Virus record (IMG/VR): IMGVR_UViG_3300037297_000386
Source: a virus
Lineage: Duplodnaviria > Caudoviricetes
Strand: one strand, 5' to 3'
Length of the DNA stretch: 64,000 nucleotides
Positions 35,081 to 44,685 of this stretch are shown here, in pieces (the stretch's first letter is position 1; each line of letters starts with the position of its first letter). Position numbers and translations under genes: made by a program. Under the pieces are notes generated by a model. That model ran no database searches, was not told where the DNA came from, and saw only the letters and a list, made by a program, of their open reading frames with translations.

Positions 35081-35859
35081 TATTGTTTGGCTCCATCATA
35101 TTTCATAAAATCAGCAATTTCATCGTCGTATTCTTCATTTGCATCAGTTCCAACACGTCCTACATCAGAAAAATTTGATTCTTGTATAGTGCCATCACTA
35201 AAATAATTCTTCCGATCTTTTAGATATTCTATAAGTTCGTCATCTGTGAAACTCACATCTTTATCTAGCAAATTACGTAAAAAATATATTAGTGAATGAA
35301 TGCTTTTTGTTCCACCACTATGTTTACAATGACTATCAATAGCACTTTGTAATTCTGGATTATTCTTAATTTGTCTTACTATCGATTCAGTTTGTTCATT
35401 AGCATGTCGTATTGACAATGGTTTAAAAGAAGTATAGGTATCTTTAGAAAATAATTCAACCAGTTTAGAATGTACTTTTTGTAGCGAATCTTTAAGTTGT
35501 TCTTCCGGAATATACCTTGTTTGAGCCGGCTGAGAAGTAATCCATTTGTTTAGTTCCTCTTCACTTAATCCTTGTTGTTTTATATGTTCTAATGATTTGT
35601 CTAATTGTTGTTGCGACCACCAAAATGATACCTGATAAAATGTCCGTCCTTTTCTCTCTATAATTTGACCAGTAATTATACCAGCTCCCTTGTCTGGATC
35701 ATTTATTAATTCTACCACATCACCTCTTTTCCATTTAGATTGTGCCCGTTTATTCAAATAATCTTCAAGCGAGTCATAAGAGACAACTTTACGAATAGAA
35801 GCATCGTATTTTTCTGCACGATTGGTTAATTTTGCAATGGATTTGATATATTTAACCAT
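35080..35859 (-). CDS. Hypothetical protein upstream of terminase
   Basis: 259-aa ORF; PLSIRHA motif shared with ligase leader. Confidence 0.6.
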   Translation of the reverse strand: MVKYIKSIAKLTNRAEKYDASIRKVVSYDSLEDYLNKRAQSKWKRGDVVELINDPDKGAGIITGQIIERKGRTFYQVSFWWSQQQLDKSLEHIKQQGLSEEELNKWITSQPAQTRYIPEEQLKDSLQKVHSKLVELFSKDTYTSFKPLSIRHANEQTESIVRQIKNNPELQSAIDSHCKHSGGTKSIHSLIYFLRNLLDKDVSFTDDELIEYLKDRKNYFSDGTIQESNFSDVGRVGTDANEEYDDEIADFMKYDGAKQ

Positions 35860-36010
35860 TTACTTTTGCTCCCTTTTTAAGGTTTTCTTCTGCCCAAAGT
35901 GACCTACATTCTTTACAATCCGACCTATATCCATCCGACTTCTGTTTATCTTTGGTAAATGCTGAATACGGTTTTTCTTTACAACATTTAGTACATTTCT
36001 TAAGTTTCAT
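35852..36010 (-). CDS. Small CxxC..CxxC zinc-finger protein (52 aa), probable homing-endonuclease remnant; not in ORF track
   Basis: MKLKKCTKCCKEKPYSAFTKDKQKSDGYRSDCKECRSLWAEENLKKGAKVNG. Confidence 0.6.
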   Translation of the reverse strand: MKLKKCTKCCKEKPYSAFTKDKQKSDGYRSDCKECRSLWAEENLKKGAKVNG

Positions 36011-36012
36011 AA

Positions 36013-37227
36013 CTATTTGTCCACTTTAACTTCTTTTTGTGGTTTGTCTGGGCGAAGTCGTGAATAACCCATGTGTCTAAACTTGCCACTTTCCATTTTT
36101 TCTTGGTATGAGACTTCTATAACAACTACTTTACCGTTATCAATCTTTTTTCTAACCTCTTGCTCTTCTTCTTTTGGCAATCCAGATAATTTACCAACTT
36201 CTACCAATTTTCCATTATAATATTGATATGCAGGAAATACTAATTTGTCTTCTCCCTTATTATACTTATTTAATATAACCTCATCAGTCTTAGCTTTAGC
36301 CCCAGGTTTAAATTTGGCCCATTCACCATATGGTTCATTAGATCCTTTTGCACCATATTTATATTTCGAATCTTTTGGTTTTAATACAATACCTTCAGCG
36401 TTTACTTTTAATGCATCATTAATTGCTTTATCTTTGTCTGAATATGTATAATTATCTACTATCTTAATTGTATCTGTTCCTTTACCAATTAATTCTTTTA
36501 GTTTATTATATCTTTCAATATAATCCTTCTTGGTAATATCATCACCATTAAACCACAATAAATCATAAACATAAAATAATGCTTTTCCGTTACCACTTTT
36601 AATTTTTTCTTGTGCTTTCTCTGGAGAACTGTTAACTACAGTTTGGATATCCGATATAGATTGTTTACCATTTTTATCTTCCCATACAAGTTCACCAAGA
36701 AAAAAACTCCCATTTTCCATTTTATCTTCTAAATCTTTTACTAGGCTTGGCACATTTGAACTAAAATCTTCTCCGCGCCTCGTGTACAATTTAACAGCAC
36801 CAGCTTTATCCTTGATTGCCTGTGTTTTAAAACCATCTAATTTAATTTGTATTATTATATTACTATCATCATTATTTTTTAGAATATCATCCGGGTTCTC
36901 TAATTTTTTTAATTTCATCGGCGCAATGGGGCCAATTCCACTTGCATGTCGTAATGATAGAGGCCTATAAATAATATTAGCCTGTTTTATTTTATTTCGT
37001 GACTCTGAAGAACTTGACTCTGAAGAACTTATTGTATCCAAACCAACTTGCTCACGATAATTTTGAACAATATTTTCAACACTTTCAGATTTTTTATTAT
37101 TAATAGTATTTAAAATATCTTGGACAGATGATAATTCGTGTTTTGCTAATGATTGTAAAAATTCACAAAACCAATCACCGCCAGATTCTGACAACATTTG
37201 TAAGTCGTTGCGCGATACTTTTACCAT
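36013..37227 (-). CDS. ATP-dependent DNA ligase (minimal catalytic + OB domains) with ~95-aa N-terminal leader
   Basis: Motif I QIKLDG, III FLGEL, IIIa YVYDLL, IV EGIVLK, V WAKFK, VI RLRPDK. Confidence 0.9.
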   Translation of the reverse strand: MVKVSRNDLQMLSESGGDWFCEFLQSLAKHELSSVQDILNTINNKKSESVENIVQNYREQVGLDTISSSESSSSESRNKIKQANIIYRPLSLRHASGIGPIAPMKLKKLENPDDILKNNDDSNIIIQIKLDGFKTQAIKDKAGAVKLYTRRGEDFSSNVPSLVKDLEDKMENGSFFLGELVWEDKNGKQSISDIQTVVNSSPEKAQEKIKSGNGKALFYVYDLLWFNGDDITKKDYIERYNKLKELIGKGTDTIKIVDNYTYSDKDKAINDALKVNAEGIVLKPKDSKYKYGAKGSNEPYGEWAKFKPGAKAKTDEVILNKYNKGEDKLVFPAYQYYNGKLVEVGKLSGLPKEEEQEVRKKIDNGKVVVIEVSYQEKMESGKFRHMGYSRLRPDKPQKEVKVDK

Positions 37228-37237
37228 GATTATCCTC

Positions 37238-37414
37238 TTATATACTAATTTCTATTTTCCAAGTATTATCATCTGGACATTCATCTATTATATCATTGAT
37301 TTCAATATATAGCCTATCTCTAATTGGATCGTGGTTTATCTTATTAAATTCTTCATAAACCACTATATCATTGATTATTTCGTATAACTCCTCAGGAATA
37401 CTAATATTACTCAT
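37238..37414 (-). CDS. Small acidic hypothetical protein (58 aa), not in ORF track
   Basis: MSNISIPEELYEIINDIVVYEEFNKINHDPIRDRLYIEINDIIDECPDDNTWKIEISI fills the gap exactly. Confidence 0.5.
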   Translation of the reverse strand: MSNISIPEELYEIINDIVVYEEFNKINHDPIRDRLYIEINDIIDECPDDNTWKIEISI

Positions 37415-37426
37415 AATAATCGCATC

Positions 37427-38353
37427 TTAAGACTGGTAATTGGTTAGCCAATCCACACCATCGCCAGACGCCGGATCAGATGGTTCATTAATCAATCCTC
37501 TATCACGATATAATGGATAACCATAATCATGAACTAATTGTTGAATAGCTAACTCCTCACGGGAAGTAAAATTATATTTATTTTTTAATTTTTCATAAGT
37601 TTCTTCTATATTGCGGCCAGCAGATACCTTAGAATTTATCATTGTTCCAACTATTGCACGCTCAAATGCACTAACATACACATTGATTATTGGAGTATTA
37701 GCAGTTTTTTCTAATCCATCATTATGACGTATTTTCTCACTTTCACAACTCATGCACACAAGTGTGTCATTAATTGTATCATGCCACATTGGAGCAGAAG
37801 AATTACATTTATCGCAATGGCCCTCAGATACTAGACGTACATCCATCGAAGCCTTTTTCTTGCCTGTTAACTTCTTAATTTGTCTATCTAATCTATCGAT
37901 CATATCTTCCAAGCTTTTTCTAATCTGGTCAATTTCTTGTTCATCGATGACACCTTTTAAATCAGTCCTCATAGCTTTACTAATTTCACTATCTAATTTT
38001 TTTAAAAAAGCTTTGGCTCGCTCACATCCAGGGACAGTCTCTCCGGAATGTCGAGGAATTTTGGTTAATTTATCTTTAACATAATTTACAAAATCCGCAT
38101 GATGTCCGTCCTCTTTCCATGTTTTCGGTTTATCATCATCTGCTTTGGCTTCCTCAAATTTACACCCAGGAGCACCAGGAACTTCTAGAATCATCCCTTC
38201 TTCATTTGGATTTTCCTCTACTATTAATATCTCAGGCATATCGATATCATCTTCATCTATCACAAGATTTTCGTCATTTTCTAAAAGAAAATCTTGTGAT
38301 TCATTAACCATTATAGTATCATTTGTCATGTCATAGAAATTTGTCATTTCCAA
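37427..38353 (-). CDS. Hypothetical protein with zinc ribbon
   Basis: GGAGG RBS; CDKC..CMSC; KKAS and EKTA motifs flank the ribbon. Confidence 0.65.
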   Translation of the reverse strand: MEMTNFYDMTNDTIMVNESQDFLLENDENLVIDEDDIDMPEILIVEENPNEEGMILEVPGAPGCKFEEAKADDDKPKTWKEDGHHADFVNYVKDKLTKIPRHSGETVPGCERAKAFLKKLDSEISKAMRTDLKGVIDEQEIDQIRKSLEDMIDRLDRQIKKLTGKKKASMDVRLVSEGHCDKCNSSAPMWHDTINDTLVCMSCESEKIRHNDGLEKTANTPIINVYVSAFERAIVGTMINSKVSAGRNIEETYEKLKNKYNFTSREELAIQQLVHDYGYPLYRDRGLINEPSDPASGDGVDWLTNYQS

Positions 38354-38366
38354 TCCTCCTGGTTAC

Positions 38367-39299
38367 CTAAAACTGATTTCTTTCATATAATAATTGTTTG
38401 AATTTATCACGTTTTCTTTTTAAATATATACTTGAATTTTCATACATCCAATTTCCCAATTTTATTGAGTCATGTGTCGAATAAGAAATTTTATAAATAT
38501 TACTTTGTTTAACATATCGAACATTTTTATTCCCTATCAATGTGCTTTCATTTATATATTTATTTATGTTTTCAAGCATATTCTTTGTACCGAGAAAGTA
38601 AGAACACCAAACACTTGTTGTTTTTGTCTTACTTATACACCCATCTCCGTCAAAATAACCTCTAATAAAATGTTTTATATATTTTCGCGGCATCTCTGGA
38701 AATTTAAGTGTTAAAGATTTTCTTGGAGTCACGCCCAATGTCACTAATCTGTTACACATATATTTAGAACAAATTTCAAGCGATACACATGATTTATTCT
38801 TAGATACGTATATTTTATTTTTTGGAGCTACTAAATTTCTTATAGCAATTAAATGTTCTTTATCTTTTGTTGACAATTTAATTCCTAATTTAAATCTGTT
38901 TTTTGATACATTTCCATCGGCAGCAATGAAGCCTAAAATATATGCCATTTCATCCGACCATTTGTCAAAAAAAGAATGATCAATTCCTGGTGGCATTTTA
39001 TATCTATTTAGACGTCTAATTCCATTCTTTACTGCCATTTTTCTTATGGCTGTCCATGGGCGCTTTATTTTGCACATTATTTCTTTTTTTGTTGCAACTG
39101 GAAACAATTTCTTTAACAATTTTATCTCTTTTTCTGTCCACTTATTATATTGATTATGTTTTTTAATACCTAACAAGTTAGCTCGCCTTTTAACAGAATT
39201 ATAACTACGACTTAATTTCTTTGCTATATTTTTACAAGATTCTTTTTTATAATTATTTATGATATAATTATCTTCTTCTTTGGCCCATATTTTACGCAT
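38367..39299 (-). CDS. Free-standing LAGLIDADG homing endonuclease with N-terminal W..EE repeats
   Basis: AYILGFIAADG and FIRGYFDGDG motifs. Confidence 0.88.
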   Translation of the reverse strand: MRKIWAKEEDNYIINNYKKESCKNIAKKLSRSYNSVKRRANLLGIKKHNQYNKWTEKEIKLLKKLFPVATKKEIMCKIKRPWTAIRKMAVKNGIRRLNRYKMPPGIDHSFFDKWSDEMAYILGFIAADGNVSKNRFKLGIKLSTKDKEHLIAIRNLVAPKNKIYVSKNKSCVSLEICSKYMCNRLVTLGVTPRKSLTLKFPEMPRKYIKHFIRGYFDGDGCISKTKTTSVWCSYFLGTKNMLENINKYINESTLIGNKNVRYVKQSNIYKISYSTHDSIKLGNWMYENSSIYLKRKRDKFKQLLYERNQF

Positions 39300-39307
39300 A
39301 TTAAACC

Positions 39308-39997
39308 TTATCTATTTACCTGGCGTGGGCCAAACCATTTATCAGAAAGATGATATAACAAGCCTGTATCAGACCTTTTGTTTTCATATTTTTGCCTTTG
39401 TTTGGACAAGTACTTTTCAACTTTATCAAATGTTTTAGTATATTCTTCTTTTATCTTTTCTAATTTTATTAATAAGTTTTGTAATAAATCATCTTTTTCT
39501 GGTTTATCACATTTATCGTAATATTTCACACTTAATTTAACAAAATTGTTTATTTCGCGTCCTAATAAACTAAATAATCCAAAGAATAGATTACGACTCT
39601 CATTGTTGTCGGCATAAAAGCCTAAAGGATATCCATATAATCCATCTAATCCTATTCCATGAAAAGTTTGTGGAAATAATGGACTGCCTCTAAAAGCAGG
39701 GACTCTTTTGCCAGCCGCAGTATCGCCAAAATCACAATCTACCTTTCCATATTCATCTAATATTTTATCAGCATATGGACACTTACGACATTCTTTATGA
39801 TAAGCATAAACCAGTCTATTTGCTTTAGCTATTCCATCTGATTCTTTTTCATCCTCAATTGGTGCCATTCTTATAATAGAGTTTCCAGCATTTTCACAAC
39901 CCTCTGGAATCGGTAATCCAAATGGGCAATTACGAACATTTTTACCACGAATTGTTGACTCTTTTACAACAACAGATATGCATTCTGTTCTATTCAT
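39308..39997 (-). CDS. Hypothetical Cys-rich protein
   Basis: CPFGLPIPEGC, CRKCPY, CDFGD. Confidence 0.6.
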   Translation of the reverse strand: MNRTECISVVVKESTIRGKNVRNCPFGLPIPEGCENAGNSIIRMAPIEDEKESDGIAKANRLVYAYHKECRKCPYADKILDEYGKVDCDFGDTAAGKRVPAFRGSPLFPQTFHGIGLDGLYGYPLGFYADNNESRNLFFGLFSLLGREINNFVKLSVKYYDKCDKPEKDDLLQNLLIKLEKIKEEYTKTFDKVEKYLSKQRQKYENKRSDTGLLYHLSDKWFGPRQVNR

Positions 39998-40487
39998 TGT
40001 GACTCCAATAATCTAAATTAGAACGCCAAAAAGATGGGGCAGTATCTTCACACTCATCGCCACCTTTATCGCCTTTATTACTTTTTGATTTATCTTTAGC
40101 AATTTTAGTAGAATTATACTCGATCGAACCCCTAATGCCAGCGACAGAATTAGAATCTGGAACATCCTTGTAATCATTTTTACCAAATAATCTAGAAATA
40201 GCAGCCCAACTTTTACCAGTTATTTCTCTAACTAAATTCTCAAAGTTTGATCGATCATTTGCATCATCCGCGGATTGTGCTGTTTGTTGCTGTATTTTGG
40301 ACTTCATTTGCTCTAACGATGTAACTTGGGTTTCTATATTTCTTATTAATTCATTAACCATATTCAGCTGATTTGGAAGATCCCTAAGCATAGGAGACAA
40401 TCTGTTTAATTCATTTTTTAATGTTTGAATATTTTGCATTGTCGTGGTAGAAGCCATATCTTGCGCAAGTTTGGAAATTCTTTTCAT
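39990..40487 (-). CDS. Hypothetical coiled-coil protein starting MKRISKLA
   Basis: 165-aa ORF; N-terminal ISKxA motif. Confidence 0.55.
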   Translation of the reverse strand: MKRISKLAQDMASTTTMQNIQTLKNELNRLSPMLRDLPNQLNMVNELIRNIETQVTSLEQMKSKIQQQTAQSADDANDRSNFENLVREITGKSWAAISRLFGKNDYKDVPDSNSVAGIRGSIEYNSTKIAKDKSKSNKGDKGGDECEDTAPSFWRSNLDYWSHNE

Positions 40488-41294
40488 TTAAAGGGCCCTC
40501 ACTAATCGTCTTTGTTGTATTAGTATATCAGAAAGTGTTTTGGTTAATGGAACTAATGGAAGAAGTTTAAATTTAATTAACATTTCAATACCATTGTCAT
40601 CATCTATCTTGGCAATTTCAGTTATTTTATCTTGCACAAATTTTACTGGAAGATTTTGTATTTTTTTACGATTATTTAACATAGCTGTTTTCAGTTTTTC
40701 TTCTATTTTAAATCCAAATTTCACAGCAAACTTTATAGCTCTCAAAATTCTTCTTGGATCAACACCAATTGTTATATCTGGATTAATAGGGCATTGAATA
40801 ATACCAGACTGTATATCTCCAATACCATCACCAGTTAAATCATATATTGAAGAAAAATCTAAACTTTCAAGGAGAGTGTTTATAGTAAAATCTCTACTAT
40901 ATAATTCTAATTTCATAGAATCTATATCTTTAACCCCTTTTTTTCTGAGATCATCTTCAATACCTGAAATAATAAAATTACTTGAAAAATCGATGTGTAG
41001 CCCCATAATATCTATTGAAGCGTGACCGTCATCATATATCTTATAAGAACTATTAGGAATTTCTTTGTTTAATTTTTCGGCTAATAACAAAGAATCCTTA
41101 GATCCTGTGGTTATATCTATATCTTTTAAATTTGACTTACCACTACGTTTACCTAATATTCGATCTCTTGGGATGCCACCAACAATAAAAGGCTTATCAA
41201 ACTTGGACACGCGGGCAATATGTTGTATTTGTGATAATAGATCATCAATTTTCATTATTTTATTCCGTTGGTAGTTCTTTCTTAATTTTCCCAA
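40488..41294 (-). CDS. Stand-alone class II tRNA nucleotidyltransferase / poly(A) polymerase family protein (no HD domain)
   Basis: FIVGGIPRD, KDIDIT, SRDFTINTL, DPRRILRAIKFA; likely start 41255 (MKIDD). Confidence 0.85.
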   Translation of the reverse strand: MGKLRKNYQRNKIMKIDDLLSQIQHIARVSKFDKPFIVGGIPRDRILGKRSGKSNLKDIDITTGSKDSLLLAEKLNKEIPNSSYKIYDDGHASIDIMGLHIDFSSNFIISGIEDDLRKKGVKDIDSMKLELYSRDFTINTLLESLDFSSIYDLTGDGIGDIQSGIIQCPINPDITIGVDPRRILRAIKFAVKFGFKIEEKLKTAMLNNRKKIQNLPVKFVQDKITEIAKIDDDNGIEMLIKFKLLPLVPLTKTLSDILIQQRRLVRAL

Positions 41295-42729
41295 CTGGTT
41301 TGCTCATCAATTCACCAGTGTCTATTTGTTTAGTTACCGGCACAGATGGTTGTTTTGGTATAACAGGGATAGGTGCTTGTTCGAGTGTCTCATCCCTATT
41401 TTTCGTACCTGATCCACTACCACGCAATTTGGCTATTATATTTTCAATCTTGTTGCTTGCATATCCAAATGATTCTATCATTTTGGCTTGGGCATCTGTT
41501 AATTCTGGAAAATAACTTGCCATACCAAGATCGTTTAACAAAATATCGATACTAGCCAATTCACGTATCATATCACGCGATTTAAGCGATTTACTTATAG
41601 ACTCGAGACGATCTATAATAGTTTGTATAGTAGACATCTGGGTACTTTGTGGCGGTAGATCTGGATCTTTTGATTTTGCTTCTGGTAAAGATTTTAACAC
41701 TTCACTATCAATTTGATCTTCTGCGCACTTATATAGATAAGCGGCCCCTTCGATAAATCCACATTTGTTCATTATATTAGCAGAACGAATTACACAATCT
41801 TGTAAAGAAGCATAAACGTCCAATTTATTTACACTCTTTTCCAATTTATAAAGTTCGTCATACACATTATCTAAATCTTGTTTAGGCAAAACATCATTAT
41901 ATTTTTCTACTAATCTTTTAAAGGAGCGTAGTCGTGCTTTCATTTTATTTTTAAACTGTTTAGCCTTATGTAGCTCTTCTTCACGTTTTGTATATTCTTG
42001 TTTTTTCTGTCTTGTGGACATATACATTTTATCGTTTGAGCGATCTTCTCTATTTACCCAAGACTCAGGAATAGAAAAAGCTGGCTCAAATGCTTTCTTG
42101 ATGAATTCGGCGGTTTTCACGTTATATTTCTCCGCAGTTCCATCTTCATAATATCGCATCCAATTTATAAATTTTTGTTTTTCATCTAAATCCCAATTTA
42201 ACGTAAAATTATTTATTGCATCTTTACGATTAAACCTTTTATTATGTATAGAAGTATAAATATTCTTCAACGTGTTAATCCATTTATCAATGTCATAAAT
42301 TTGCCCTCTATCTTCTTTACCAGATATATTAGGATAAGCTTGTTTCGATAACTTATTACATAACCATTTATAAATCAACAATCTATAATCAGTCAAATCA
42401 TCTAAATTATAATCTCCGCCACGTCTATGTTCCATCATAAAATGATGTAAATCTTTCCTTTTATGCGGGTCAAGCTTTATACCAAAAGTGTCATCTAAAA
42501 TATCATCAGAAAATCGTAAAACAAAAAAATAAGCATTATAATCATCTTCATTATCTACACCTAAATCACTGGCATATTGGGCATCTTCAAGTAATTCATC
42601 AACCAATGCCTCATCTACACCATTTTGTGTAACTTCCTGAAGACGCTTTTTCATATAATTATTAATTGTGCCTTTTTTAAATGCTTGTGAAATTTTATTT
42701 ATCATCGAGTTCCTCTTCGAATTCGGCAT
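41260..42729 (-). CDS. Hypothetical protein
   Basis: 489-aa ORF; likely start 42705 (MINKISQA, after GAGG). Confidence 0.6.
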   Translation of the reverse strand: MPNSKRNSMINKISQAFKKGTINNYMKKRLQEVTQNGVDEALVDELLEDAQYASDLGVDNEDDYNAYFFVLRFSDDILDDTFGIKLDPHKRKDLHHFMMEHRRGGDYNLDDLTDYRLLIYKWLCNKLSKQAYPNISGKEDRGQIYDIDKWINTLKNIYTSIHNKRFNRKDAINNFTLNWDLDEKQKFINWMRYYEDGTAEKYNVKTAEFIKKAFEPAFSIPESWVNREDRSNDKMYMSTRQKKQEYTKREEELHKAKQFKNKMKARLRSFKRLVEKYNDVLPKQDLDNVYDELYKLEKSVNKLDVYASLQDCVIRSANIMNKCGFIEGAAYLYKCAEDQIDSEVLKSLPEAKSKDPDLPPQSTQMSTIQTIIDRLESISKSLKSRDMIRELASIDILLNDLGMASYFPELTDAQAKMIESFGYASNKIENIIAKLRGSGSGTKNRDETLEQAPIPVIPKQPSVPVTKQIDTGELMSKPVGKIKKELPTE

Positions 42730-43423
42730 CTTGTAGGTCTTCTAATTTTACTGGCTCTAATAATGCTTGTGGTCTATATGATGTATTAGATATTTTTCTA
42801 TTAAGTCTTTCTAAAAACATCATTGCCTTCTCCGGTTCAAAATAATCAATACATTCGCGTATTACATCCTGTATCATTACTATTTGATCGTTAAACACAG
42901 TAATATTTACATTATGATCAACAGTTTTATCTGCCAATCCTTCTACAAATTTTTTATACTGGCCAAGCAAATTCATTTGTCTGTCCATAAATTGCCTTAA
43001 TTCTTTATCTCCTTTAGATGCTTGTTCTTCACCACTTGCTACAGCGTTAAACCAATATTCCATTCTCGTTTCTATAATTTTGTCTAATTCCAATATTCTT
43101 CTTGCCACATCTAGTTTGGAATCAACTATTTCATTTATCTTACGATTATAAGCATCTGAGGCTTCAAGCTGCTTTTGCCGTTCTTGTTCCTCTTCTATTT
43201 GTTTTTGAGTGCGTCCGGCTTCTTGTATATCTTTAAGAACTTTTCCTTCTAATTGTAAATTATCTTTTCTAAATTTTTGAAGTGTTACCGACGAAAGCCA
43301 TAATTTCTTATTACTAGAATATTTAGATTTTAACCAAGCTTCTATTTTTCTGACAGATTCTCCGTTATTAAGTTTCTCAATTATTATTTCTTTATCTGGA
43401 TGATTTAATATTTTCTTACTCAT
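42695..43423 (-). CDS. Hypothetical protein with N-terminal HTH-like motif (possible small terminase)
   Basis: HPDKEIIIEKLNNGESVRKIEAWL followed by helical region; small-terminase role is only a guess. Confidence 0.45.
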   Translation of the reverse strand: MSKKILNHPDKEIIIEKLNNGESVRKIEAWLKSKYSSNKKLWLSSVTLQKFRKDNLQLEGKVLKDIQEAGRTQKQIEEEQERQKQLEASDAYNRKINEIVDSKLDVARRILELDKIIETRMEYWFNAVASGEEQASKGDKELRQFMDRQMNLLGQYKKFVEGLADKTVDHNVNITVFNDQIVMIQDVIRECIDYFEPEKAMMFLERLNRKISNTSYRPQALLEPVKLEDLQDAEFEEELDDK

Positions 43424-43538
43424 AATCGAATCTCTTTGCCGCGATGTTCATTATAGTAGCCTTTTACAAGATTATATGTTTGTGAACTATTAGGACATTT
43501 TCCAGTCTTTATTTTGTTGACAATACTTACCACATTTC

Positions 43539-44675
43539 TTAATTGACGACATTTAGAATTTTCTCCCTTGAGTCAAACAGTCTATGTGGTACAGAATAGC
43601 CAGCAGAATCAGGAGTTTGTGCAGCAACCGAAGATCCTGGATGTTCATTCCCATCATAATCTGTCCATCCAGTTTCCCAATTATACACCTGGCCATCTAT
43701 CGGGCATTGATAAGTATTTTCTCCAATCCTACCCATCATCACACCAATATGTTGTGGGCAATGACGAATGCTTAAATGCCCAGCATCTACATGTTGTTGT
43801 GTATTAACATGATGTTTATCTCTCCCTTCGCGATCTATCCTTTCTTGCTCAGTTTTCGGTTCTCGGGTTTGAAGGGAATGGTGATATTTAGAATCATACC
43901 TCTTGCTTTGTTCTGTATCACCTTCACCTTTATAGTCTAAAAAATCTTCAGCCTGCTTTTTAATAAAATTGTCTATAAGATTTGCCTCTTCAATTGCCCC
44001 GACTTTATCTAATCTATCGGCTAAATCAGCGAGTTTTTCAAATGTCTTGCCTGTAGCGCCAAGACTCAACTCCTGGTGTTCTGCTGGAGGAGGAAGAGCA
44101 CCTTCATCATCCTTTACACCATATTGTTCATAATGATTATCCAAAAGCTTTTTCAGATTATTCAGATTATTTTCATGTGGATGCTTAAAATACACATCCA
44201 AGAAAGTTAAAATATGATTTACCCAATCAACTTTGCCAAACTCATCTTCTTCTATATATCTATCTTCGTAATCTGCATGTTTTTGCATTTGATTCTTGAG
44301 TCCAGCAAATATTCCACCTTCTCCAGGGCCATATTCTTCTGACCATTTTATATATTTTGCTAATTCATGTACTAATTCATCATAACGTTCTGCCGTTGGA
44401 TTGCTCAAAAATTCTTTAACCATTTTAGGTATTGTTGATGATTGTTCTCTAGCACCTGGTATACTTTCTACTAATGGTACTTTAGTTTCTTGATATGATT
44501 CTACTGGTTCATATTCTGGTAAGTCCAAAGACACTTCATTTCCATTTTTTACTACATTGTTATTCAATTTAGACAAACCCTCAATTAAACCATCAATTGC
44601 TGCAGCTTTTTCAAATTCACCTTTCTCATCTAAATGATCAGCTAAAGCTATTAGTTCTTTTATATCAAATGTCAT
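43539..44675 (-). CDS. Hypothetical protein with two helical LADxLD modules and C-terminal Cys/His cluster
   Basis: LIALADHLDEKGEFEKAAAIDGL; LADLADRLDKVGAIEEANLIDNF; RHCPQH..QCPID. Confidence 0.6.
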   Translation of the reverse strand: MTFDIKELIALADHLDEKGEFEKAAAIDGLIEGLSKLNNNVVKNGNEVSLDLPEYEPVESYQETKVPLVESIPGAREQSSTIPKMVKEFLSNPTAERYDELVHELAKYIKWSEEYGPGEGGIFAGLKNQMQKHADYEDRYIEEDEFGKVDWVNHILTFLDVYFKHPHENNLNNLKKLLDNHYEQYGVKDDEGALPPPAEHQELSLGATGKTFEKLADLADRLDKVGAIEEANLIDNFIKKQAEDFLDYKGEGDTEQSKRYDSKYHHSLQTREPKTEQERIDREGRDKHHVNTQQHVDAGHLSIRHCPQHIGVMMGRIGENTYQCPIDGQVYNWETGWTDYDGNEHPGSSVAAQTPDSAGYSVPHRLFDSREKILNVVN

Positions 44676-44685
44676 TTTTTTCCCC

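Noticed and set aside
43424-43538. Possible 37-codon GTG-started ORF or promoter in this gap
   Set aside because: No clear RBS, no motif, and only a weak match to the late-promoter consensus.
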